Positions 25,001 through 37,000 of a DNA stretch of 64,000 bases are shown here, piece after piece. The position numbers and the translations under genes are program-made. Below the pieces are notes generated by a model that saw nothing but the letters and a program-made list of their open reading frames with translations, was not told where the DNA came from and made no database searches. The first letter of the stretch is position 1, and each line of letters begins with the position of its first letter. The stretch is from assembly GCA_002633005.1 (NCBI GenBank), contig NMRA01000049.1, positions 573,189 to 637,188 of the forward strand, in the 5' to 3' direction. Source of the stretch: Phoronis australis (Eukaryota > Animalia > Phoronida).

Positions 25001-28000
25001 AAACTGGGGTGAGTGATACGGCTACGTGCTCTGTGTGGCAACCTGTCTGCCATGCAACCTGTCTGCCATGCAACCTGTCTGCCATGCAACCTGTCTGCCA
25101 TGGAGCCTGGCTGCCATGGAGCCTGGCTGCCATGCAACCTGGCTGCCATGGAGCCTGGCTGCCATGGAGCCTGGCTGCCATGCAACCTGTCTGCCATGCA
25201 ACCTGTCTGCCATGCAACCTGTCTGCCATGCAACCTGTCTGCCATGCAACCTGTCTGCCATGGAGCCTGGCTGCGTTACTATCCTTTATGTCTTTTCAAA
25301 CTTGGTATATTTGAAAACAGCACAGTGTGAAAAGTCCCATGTTAAGGGTGTTTGACACAGCTTTGATTTATCGTTCATTTTTAATTGTGCTTTGTTTCTT
25401 GGTCTTTGCATACTACAAATCTCTCCACTGCAGCCACCTAAACACAGGCACCTCTGGCAAAAATAATATTCACATGGACACCTGAAAAGCCACTTTTTAT
25501 TGAATCAAGTACTGAAGTCTTTTGGAAATGGGATAATTTCCAATGTCAGTTTTATGTTGTGATGGCTTCTGTATTTTCCGGTTTCTTTAAGGTTTTATTT
25601 TGATGCGCTACGTGTTTGCTATGAAATCAGAATAAAAATTAGAGGGTCACGGACAAGCTTAAACTGTGGGACTTAAGAAAGCCTGCCAATTTATTTCAAG
25701 GTGACAATTACTCCGTTGCATTTCACTAGATGGCGATTATGCTAACTTATCGAGTTTGTTCGAATTAACTAAAACATAAACTGTCTTCTGTAATAAATTC
25801 AAATTTGCCATCTTGCTACAAATATAGTCTGAAACGAGATTCTAAGTTTCAAGAGCACGAAACCATGAAAATAACGTTGGAAGCACGGTTGCAGATTTTA
25901 AATTTATTGGAACTTGGCATGAAATAGCAACATGCGTACCCTTTTGCCTGGCAGTTTTACATCCATTAATTATCAGAAGTAATATACACTGGTATTTTTA
26001 GCGCTCAAAATGGTGGAGTAGTAAATGTTTTTTAATGGAACGTAGAGTCATTTGTATGCATGAGAGTCCGATTGTTTGCACTCTTTGAATTCTTAAAATA
26101 TTATTTATTGGTGTAGTAATACTAGCATACAGTAGTTTCTTAAGGGGAGACAACTCTACAATTGGATACTAAAACACAGTGACTGATAATACTGAGCTGT
26201 GATCAGAAGAAAATGAAACTTTATTTCTCACTGCAGAAAGTCATAGAACCGAAACTGAATGGGAGGACAGCTTCACGTTTAAGATGTTCTTGTTCCAAGC
26301 TGTCAACTACTACGGCACCATATTCTACATTGCTTTCTTCAAAGGAAGGTAGGAATGTTTAATTTGTACTTCGGCCATCTTGATTTAACGAACGAATGGT
26401 TTTGATAATTGAGCTGGCTTTTAAGATAGTCTGGCACAGTTGAACTTTGTCTTGGCATCACAACGCGGTTTTTATTATTCTTGAAATGTGTAGTATGTTA
26501 TTATAATAGATTTTGTTCAGTAAAAAATCCAGTTGAAGTATTCTAAAATCTTCATTCTCATGTTGACCTCTATAAGTCGGTATAGATCAAAATTTTCAAC
26601 ACAGCTTATGTAGCATCAGATTTACCAGAATTTCATAGTTTAAGTCACGATGCGTCTGCATATCAGTCGTGTTCCTCACCAGATGTCTCAGCATTCAGTG
26701 ACCTGTAGAAGACATCTGGTTTTTACCGTAGTGTCAAACGAAATGTATCAACAGGTTCAACGGGACACCGTATGACAGAGCCTACTTTCTTGGTTACCGG
26801 ATGGATGAGGTATTATTATATCGTTGCAAAAATCGCTGGGATTAATGATTTCTGCAGGAGTAGGGATTGTAATCATATTATTGTAACGTCTGCTTAACCT
26901 CGCGCTGTGGCTATGACGAGGTTGTGGTATTAGTTATGGAAGCAGACATCTTTAGGCTTGGATTAGGTCAGCTGTTTATATTTTATTGTCGCTTGGCTTG
27001 TTTTTTCGTATTTGCCAGCTTACTGTGAAGGAGGTGGTGACTGAATCCAATGAAATCTAAATATGCCAAGCTCGCCGAAATTACTCTATTCTTACATTTA
27101 ACATTGCGTTGCCTGCTCTGTGATGAAACGTTGTCGCTATAGAGGTGAATCGTCATTTTCTTGTCAATTACTGGGTTCCGTGTGTTGTGTGTCGTCTCTA
27201 ATGGGAGAGTCGAATGAAGCCTCTGTGTAGGGTAATGTCGCTGTTGAGGTGAACATTAATGTCATTATGTTTCAGGTCATGGGTTAATGGTCATCCGAGT
27301 AGCAGGAATTACATAGGAGGCCACTATTACCCGGAATCGGTGACATTTTTTTCGTTCATGTTTCTAGGTTTGCATGGTGCGATGACGTCATAGCTTGTTG
27401 CTGGGAAAATATCTGGAGATGTTCTATGACTTTGAGTCTTAATTTGGTTTTTGCAATTCCCAAAGCACTGTAGACAAAGCTGCACCAGTGTCTTTCCGAT
27501 TTTCTGTTTGGAATTTCCATCATGAATTAAGTAAGGCAGGTTAGGCTAAGCCGCAGTGGGTCTCGTACTTTTCAGTTCATTTCCAGTCTTCTCCCTTGGT
27601 ACTTAAAGTTCGCGTCATGCGAAGTGCATAAAACTTTGTTTTTGCTAATCGCTGTAAAGATATTGACAAGTTTATCTTTTGTTTTGGAAACTTGTCCTGT
27701 TATTCACTATATTAATTCTGTTTTTGAGTTTAGGAATTGTCAGTTGTTTGAAAGGAAACGTTAGTGATCACAGAAAAATGAAAGGTTGTTTGCTGAATCA
27801 CATCTTTACTGCATTTACCTATATCACCCAAGATCCAACGATGGACTGAACCGAAATTATTAATCCATACCCGCGGATCCAGGTATTTTTGGGTACCCTC
27901 TATTTTTTTTGCCCTAAAGAAATGCAATGTACACATCGAATTATCCCAGCAACTTTGCTATGGTGTCTCGAAAACTTGAATTCCCCTTCATACTTCCTCC

Positions 28001-31000
28001 CATCATTTCGCCGATTGCTTTCAGGTTGTTTCAATCCATGCTTGTCGCAGTGGCTGTCCCAACAACGCTTGATCCTGCAGAGTTGTTTGGCCAACTTTTT
28101 CAGTTCTAGGAAAGTAGCTTGCATCGACTGTTTGGATAGTACGCGTCCGATTATTGGAGCCACGTAATCTTGTCTTGGGCCACAAAAGCTTAGTTGAACA
28201 AATATGAACTGGGAGTAGTGTTAAACTGAAATGCACTAATTTACATCGCTCATTGGAAGTTTTAACCTTTCCATCATCTTAGACTTTGTGCACCAAGTAC
28301 TAAAACATTGGGCTCGTGTCTTCACCAAGATGAATTGACTAAGTCATAAACATTATTCGACAGGCTGTGATTAGTTGTTCGATCGAAACACGTGTTTCTG
28401 TGTTGTACATACATTTAGTTATGCTCATGTTGGCGTCAGGATTCCTTTCTGATTTTAGATGTAAATACATCTACTTAAGCGACAAAACACACGATTGTGG
28501 CATTCTACTTGAAAATATATACGTGACCCCAGGATTTAATCTTTGACCCAAAATTTAACCAATCATCTCGCATTATTTGATTACAGATTTGTAAGCCTAC
28601 ATGCAATTGATTGATTTCAAGTCAAATGTGGAGTACCGGGATTTGACCCCGCAGCCCAGATGAGCTCACCTTATTGGAACTTGAGACAGATTTCGTGTGG
28701 CCCATTAACTGACTAGTACCTTTTAGCGGATGATTCTGTATGATGGTTAAATCTCACCAATTTCAGGCTGAAATAATCGCCAAAATGTCCTTCCACCCAC
28801 AAATTTTCAAAACTTTGCTTAACAGCGTAGGTATTGAACAAAACTTGTACATGGTAAAGCACTTAATTTGGTGCCGTATATCTTTCGTGGAAAAACAATG
28901 AAATGAAATTTCACTTGTCGGCCATATTGTGTCCTAAATTGGCGAGATTTCACTGTATTTGTCACGTTTTCAGGTTCGCTGACAGACAGTAGAAGTGGCT
29001 GCAAACGTAACGCTTAGTAGTTATTGTCCGGGGACCAGTTTGGTCGATTTCATCTACAGCGCTGTTGTTGTCTTGTAAGTGCACTGTGGGACGGTTGTCG
29101 ACTATCCAGTGACATCATGGATAACTTGGTGACCTGTGGATATTAATTTAATGGAAAACAACGTTTGTCTCTTAAGCATATGAGGGGTCCACTGTAACGT
29201 GCTTCTTGGTGCAAGTATGACTAAGCAACGCTCATCATTGTAAGTGAGCCAAAATACATTGCGTAAATTCACACAATAGCAAATCTTTTGCACAAAACGT
29301 TCTTGATCCCATGAAGTTAAGTGTTGCGGCCTAAAATGGATATTACAAATCATATCGCACATCCTCATGTTATTTGTGATGTCACCGGATTTTTCCTTGC
29401 CATCAGCCATCCCACAGTGCAATTGGAAGACAACAGCAGCATCATGGATGAAATTCTCCGAACTAATTTAGAGTTGTTATTGTTATCCAATTTTGTAATT
29501 GTGTTGTGGTATGTATTTTATTGACTTGGTACAATTAGTTGAGCTTGTCTACTAACTGTAAAAGTTATGTGTTGCATTTTTTTCTGTCACTCACTTAGAT
29601 TCAGCGGTCGTCCTGGAAACTACGACTACTCCGTGGCCAACTATCGCCTGGATGAGGTGCCTTTTTCTAAAGCAACAACATAAATAACAAAGTCCTAACA
29701 TGTCGTCTTCCAAATTGCACCATGCGCCTATGAATTCGGCTTGTTGATCTTTACTCTGGAAATTACTGTCTTTCTAGTTTTTCTGCATCAATAAGGTGTT
29801 TGGAGTTCTTTGACCAGTTGCATGAAACAGTCCCAAATAGGGACTCAAGTTCCCTAAATGTACTGCGTATTTATGTTCTTCACTCACAGATGTAATATTT
29901 TTTCTATCATTCTATTTTTATTACGAGCTCCTCCTTGACTATACTGAGCCCTTAATTAAGTCATAATAATTAGGGACTTAGTCCTTAAAATAGGAATGTT
30001 GCATGAAAAGATCGCCACTCATTTTCAGTGATATTGATAATTCTACATAGAGTTCACTCTCGATTTTATATCAAAGTCAAAAATTGACTTAATAATGAGA
30101 CTCAAACAAGAAAGGACTATCAGTGTTTTCACAAGCCCACAAATACGCAGTAGATTTAGGAAGCTTAGCCGAGTCCCAATTTGGGACTGTTTCATCCATT
30201 GGAGCAAAGGTGATGTTAGTTTTGGAACTGTACTTGTTTGGATTAATGCCTTCTGAAGGGAACTCAAGAATCGGGGAGTAGGCATTACCCTTAGTATGGG
30301 CACTTAAAACTAATTGTAGAAATAAGGGATGGGCGTTTACCGAACGGTCGATTTGGTTAAACATCAAGGGAATTGTATTAAAGTGGGATTACACATAGTG
30401 GGAGTCGAATAAAACTGGTATGTGAGTACAGGAATTTTACCACCCGGGTATGGTAAGGTGCTGATGAAACTGTGTTTGTTACTCATGGGTATGTGAGTCG
30501 TAGTTTTGTACCTTTTGGGAGATGAAATTCACACGAGGCAGGGATTGACAAAGACATGGGCATTTTGAAGAAAGTTTCGTTCGTTTGAATTGGGAGATGA
30601 CGTTGAAAAATGAAAATTTTGAAATTTCCAGCACAGGTGTTGAGTCGAACTTGGGTTTTAACCTGAATGAGTATGGTAAAAACCTGGGAACTATAAAACC
30701 TGGGAACTATTTTTGTCAAAAGTTTGTTCTGTATTTGTGAAATCATTCTCTAATGAAAAGGTCATAAAGTATTCAAACACCTGTTGACGCAGTCATTGAA
30801 ACCAAAACCACGATTTCTGGAGCTGGAGATCTCTTGTTTCGGCAGTAATGCAGGCTTGTGTGACTGGCAGTCATGGCAAAGTTCATCAGCTCTTATCATA
30901 GCAAAGGTCATCAGCTCATGTCATAGCGCATGAATTCAGTGATCCTCTGGACAGCTTTGGTACACTCATTAGATGGCAGCACTGTGTATCACCATGGTGT

Positions 31001-34000
31001 AATTTTGGAGCTGTGCTTTAACATTGCCTGCACAATAATTCGAAGTTTTATGCGATCATGCAGCCTTTTTGCACCCTGAGTTTGTAACCATTGGGTGGCG
31101 TTCTTATCCTTGGTTTATGATCAGTGGCTGCTCAGAAGGACTGGTTTTGACCATCGTTTTATACTCCTCAGTCATCAAAATAATTGTATAGATGAGTTTA
31201 TATATATATATATATATATAGGAGTTTCTAAAAACGGTTTGTTCCAGTAATGCTGAAACATTTATGAGAAAATGGTCCGAGATTAGCTTGAAATTTTTGT
31301 TGCAAAACTTTACTGATTTTTCAGCCAAATGGTATCGGTCAATTGTGTTAAACCACTGGGTTTCTGAGCAGCCGTTTTTCAGAGTTTCCGAGTAGTTTGT
31401 GTTGTTTATACTCCGGCTTGTGTGTCTTTGTTGAAGTATTTGCCTAACATTTTAATTCCTTTTTGAAATCATTGTTTTTCAGTGCATGCCGCGCCTCTGT
31501 TAAATGTTAGCTTGCCTAATATTAAGATTCTGGCTTAAATATAATTTTTTTGCACCTGTGTTGTCACTAGGACTATTGTTGGACGGCCTGGACAGTACAA
31601 CCGTATCTTAGGCTTCCGCACTGAAGAGGTTTGAGTGCATTCGGATATGATGTAGTGCCTTATTTGTCTGTCTGTCTGTCTCTGGAGGCCTTTGCGTATT
31701 AAGAAATTCTCAAAACAAGTATTTGCGGTAATGGGTAGAAAAATCTTTTTATGAAATGTACATTAATTGATCAGAATTTAGTTACTAAAACTCAACTTAA
31801 GACTTTCCAATTTTTTCAAAAAATGGTCAAAGTTTCGTGGATTTACATGCCGCGTTTACTGCAGACGTCTCCTTTTCTCAACTTCAGTACTGTTTAGTTC
31901 GAATAGGTTACTAGGCAATATCTGTTTTGTAGTAGGTTTCATCTTTACAAGTATGGAAACTGTCCTCCTGTAGATGTCACTGTTACTAACACTCTTGCTA
32001 CAGTCAGTATCCTGAGCAAGTGGCGCACTCTGTTGTTTATAGCTTTGCTCCACAACCAGTGGTGGCCAAACTGCTTACAGCATAGAGATTTTCTAAAACA
32101 TTACCCCACTACAGAGGCACAACATTTGCCCTTTTGCAGTACCCTGTGTTTCCAAGTAAATGACAGAATTTCATGGTATGTTGGTCCGGTTAAGCCTGCA
32201 GCATACTGACCAATCTTTGACAGTGACAAAGATAATCACAAAGTGTGCTGCAGGCTTTATGGTGGACTATAAGGCATCCTAAGATTGAAGACAGTGAGTA
32301 GAAATATGTACAAAAATTTTGAACTACGCAAAATCAAATTGGCCAAATAACTTTAAGCGAATTCATGACATAGAACATAACTTGTGCGTGTGAAAGTGTT
32401 CATTCTTGAATTCGATGAGATTCTGTTACCATTGAGATAACGCGTCTCTGCAGCTAGCTGTTGGTCATTGGCTATAACTGATAGACATCGTGTTGGCAGA
32501 GTGCGCTTTCACATTACTCATTCCTAGCGGTGAATTTGGTTTTCAGTTTCTGACATTCTACAGTCGTGCAAGCCCCTGTTCTTTGTTCTTTGCCTGCATG
32601 TGCGTACAGGACTTTGGAGACCATTAACAATCTTAAGCTTCCGTAACATTTCCTCTTCGTTCTAAATTTCTTCAGGATTCAAGGTAGACCCGGTGACTAT
32701 GCACGTATTGCTGGCTTTAGACAGGAAGAGGTTTGCATGTTTTAGATAATTCCTTAGAGGGTGGCACAGATATACTGACGGCACTAAAAAAATAGAATGA
32801 TTTAAGTTCTGGGTGACAATGTCGTGCCGTTCTTCGCACCGTCTAAACCAGAGAAAACGTACCTAAACTAAACTAACTATAGGCCCCAGAAGTAGTCGGA
32901 CAAAATGACATTCACAGATACGCCCTGGTGGATGGGGCAAGCACAAATTCTCTGTCAAATTAACTGTCTTTCTTGACCAGGAACTAAGGTTGACCTCTCT
33001 GAAAAATGGGAGCATCGTGGGATTGCTGATATTCTTGACAGGCTGACTGTTTCATGAAAGTGAATTGAGACATGTCGTTGGCCATGGTGTTGCCAGATGA
33101 CATGTAACTACAGGATAAAGTTATAATTTTTCCTTATCATTCTTTTGTTGAAATTACAGGGGGGGGGGTTCTTTTTGTAAAACTGATATCGACTTCTGTC
33201 ACTGGAGTTCCATGACATGATTTGTAATTCTCTCTGAAAATTTGTCTCTTGTGCCACCCCCTGAGATCACCTTTCTCTTCTAAAGTAGTTCTAACAATAT
33301 TATTGTACATAAATTTATCGAATTAAACAAAACCAAAGATTTTTTGTACTAACCAATGATCATAAGATCAGTTGTTTAACTCACGAACAAAGCCTATTAA
33401 TTCTGAATGACTGAGTCTGGATTTGAATTGGCATATTCACTGTTTTTACACTAACTGCATGCTTTTATATTAAGTTTCGCTCTGTCCTTATTTTAAGTTT
33501 TGCTTTGTCCTTGTTTAAGTTTCTTTGGAATGCCAGTGCGTGTTTTGTGTCATTCTAACAAATCTATTGCTCTTTTTAAGTAAGGTGAATCGGTTAATTG
33601 GTTGAAATCACTTGTAATTAAAACGCATTTATGATGAAAAAACAATCCTGAAATTAATGTAAAATGCATAGCTTAGAGGCCTTTATGCTGAGTTTTGAGT
33701 AGTAAGTTCACATCCATCAAATCAAATTACCTGCAAATCCTGTGAAGATATTCATTTTCAGTTGAATTTTTGTCCGATAACACTGAACTGTGTCTGTCAG
33801 CTCCTCCTTGTTACAAATACTATGAAAACAATCACGCAACTGTTAGTATGTCTTTCATATTGATGTTGTAGGGGGTTTTGCACCTGGCTTGAAGTAGTTT
33901 TCAAAATAAACTAGGCATACCTCTGCCACACAGCCAAACATGGACAAACTTCTTGCCAGAATTTATTACCAATTTAGTTGATTGTTTGTCTCAATAGCAT

Positions 34001-37000
34001 GAGCATTTTTGTGGAATTATAAGATATTACGGTAGAGTGCGATGATAATGTTTATATGTAGATGGACCTGTAGGGTAACTTGTTCTGATTTCAAAAAAGT
34101 GGGTGGAGCAACACCTGTCAATATTTAACCTGAAGTAAAGCTTCTAGCTGAAAAGAAATAGATAGTTAGTACTGCTGTGGTTTTGTTCATCAAAAGTTTT
34201 TTCATTGCCATGCACATTTTATTTTGAAAACTGCTTTCAGGATATAACTGAAGTACGGTAAAAACCTTTTTACTTCGAACAAAAACATTATTTTTGCTAA
34301 AGTTGCAGTTTTTACATTTTAAGAGGTCTTCTACTATATCGCAAATACTCGATTTTTTTCCAAATGTTGTTTGGTGATATATGCAGTACAGACGGTGAAT
34401 GCTAAAGGCAAAGTAAAATTTCCTGAAAATTATTTTTGTAGAGAATTCTGAAAAAAATAAATGTCAGTTGTCTACCATATTGTTTCCCAAACTGATTTTT
34501 TTACCTGAATTCTGCATATTGGCCTTTTTGCTGCCTTCTTCGTTATTACTGTTTCTGATCTCAAGTTTGTATTTTAGTGTGACCCGGCCGGTTGTCTGAT
34601 TGACTTATGCATTCAGCTTGGAATAGTCATGCTTGGTAAACAGTGTATTAACAACTTCAAGGAATTATTTATACCGTAAGTTTGCCATTGTTACAGTACA
34701 CGCCAAAAGTATCCAGACAAAATGAACCGTAAGTTAACCTCGGTTGGATGGACAGAAGCCAAATTCATGGTCAGAGTAATATTTCCTCATGACTGAGAGT
34801 GAAGGGGTCCAAAATGGAATGTTGGGAAGGTGGCTGACCCGTACTATTAAGAATTTTGTCGTAATTAGCTGTCATGCTGGGGAAAACTATTTTGTCTGAT
34901 TACTTTTGCCTTGTACTGTATGTCTGTCTTTATTTTAAGAAACTAAATGGAGATTAATTGGAAGTTTAAATGTATATATAATTACCCGTATTGCTCAAGT
35001 CAAGAAGTATACGTACTATGTCTGACACAGAAAATATCAGTTTAAAGCCTTCGTGGGATAGTTTTTTGTTATCCTTGATTTATTGGATTTCGCAGGTGGT
35101 CATAGTGCTTCAGCAGCGCAAGACGAGATTATTCAAACACTCCGAATAGGTGTAGTAGACTTTCCATCGCAGTGAGAAAACAGGTAGCAAAGAACGTCTG
35201 CCTGCAGTATTTACTTGCAGTGGGTTCCAATGTATATTGAATAGAACGCCAATGTGGACGGTTGCTCGAAGCACGTGCAGCTGTTTGAATGAACTGGGAA
35301 CTTTGGTAGTAATGAAGACGAAAGGCGCAATAAGCCTTACCTTTCATTACATTTGACAATTGATGACTTCGTTGTCATCAGAATGGTTCTTGTATCATAT
35401 TTTAGGAACTTAATTCACTTGTGTTAGTTTTTAGTAATGGAGGGTCTCTTAAACAATGGTGTGACACTGTTTAAAAACAATGGTATGGCACTGGTTGGTT
35501 TTTGGAAGGAAATCTTCTACTCTGCAAAGGCTTTAACAGTTGATGTTTTGTAGAGACTGTGCGTAATGTTTCTGTCATTTGGCAAATAATGCCATTAGGA
35601 AGGTTGGGTAGAAATTATTGCAGGTGCACAAACATCAAGCTTTCCACTCATCTACCATTCCATTGTTGCAAGGTTTCCTCGTTGACCTATTAAAGTAGTC
35701 GTCTTACATTGTAATCTTTTGTGGGAGTTTGCAAGATGCCCTGTTGACCATGGTTAAGTGGTTTCTACTTTCTCAATAGGTGGATATTGAAGTGCTTGCG
35801 CACACGCAAGTCTAAGAAGACCGAGAAAGAGAATGTGTACACTCGGTGGGAACAAGATTTTGATCTGTCGCTACAACCGAACAATGGATTATTTGAGGAG
35901 TACTTGGAGATGGGTAAGTGGCAACATTAACCAATAGAAGGCCGAGGGACCATTCTTAATTGACCTATCGCAAGCTCCGCCCCCTTGCGAAAAGTCTACA
36001 AATAAACAATAAGTTCTACCCAACAACGCATTGTTTGCTGGGTAGAATGGCAGCTTGGAAACGATGGTTTGTCAAGAATGCTGCGTTCTGATTGGTCAGT
36101 TAAACCGTCACTTATCACTGTTGTCATGTGTGTACAAACTGTATGCTTTCAGTGACCCTGTGCCTCCCCCCAAACGGTATGTCTATGCTTTTGTATGTGT
36201 GAGTGTGCTCAAAATTAAATGCCAATTTTGGTTTCTACAGTGATGTGGTATAAAAATAAAATATTTTTTGAACAGTTTTTGGTATTGTTTTCGGTGGGTT
36301 GGATCTCAGAAACATTTGTGCTATTTGGTATTTCGTAATGTTTTTATGATCTTAAAAAGTAACTAAAAACATTGACGTCTGTCATTTTTATGACGTCAAA
36401 AGCGTATGCAAGCAGCAAGCCCCGACCCCGCCCCTCTAAAGCGTACCATTTGTACAATCTTGAAAGCATCGATAATTGCACGTTCTCACTTAACACATGC
36501 ATGGAAAAGTTCAGCTCCAGAGATATCTGCCAGCAATTATGCAAGAATATACTATCTAGTTTAACGGTTGATTTATTCAAGTTGGCAACAAAAGGGTGAC
36601 CTCTTGGATACACTACTAGGCATCCTCCAAGCTGAGCACTAATCCTCTTCTTTATCAATCATCTATTGAATTTGAATAGCTGTTCTCCCTAGACTCTCCT
36701 TTGTGGTGCATGAGAAAGGCTGATCACTGCATTTGCATACCGTCCAAGTGCAGTGACTGATATCGGCGCAAAACCTGGTGTACGTTTAGTAGACGCATGA
36801 ATTTCGCGGAAACAAAGATCACGCAAGAGCTTGCAAAATTACTCAAGCGAAAAGTTAGTGTTTCTCAATTTTGCTGAGGATGTTGCAAACTGGTGGCCAC
36901 TGAAATGGTGAGGTTGTGATGTTGAGTTCATCATTTCAGTTGCGTAAACGAAGATGTCTAGCTCTGTAATGCTTCGCACTTGTGTCCAGTCTGCGTAGCA

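Noticed and set aside
24892-25355. Repetitive Cys/Trp-rich ORFs on both strands
   Set aside because: Translations of a 16-bp intronic minisatellite
28981-31680. gacagacag (28981) pairing with (ctgt)n after exon D
   Set aside because: Low-complexity match, likely chance
27400-34500. Additional (sixth or more) loop-exon variants
   Set aside because: AG sites checked by eye (e.g. ~27368, ~29020, ~30320, ~32609) gave stops or lacked the GxP..Y..E pattern or a donor; a profile search could still find a very divergent one
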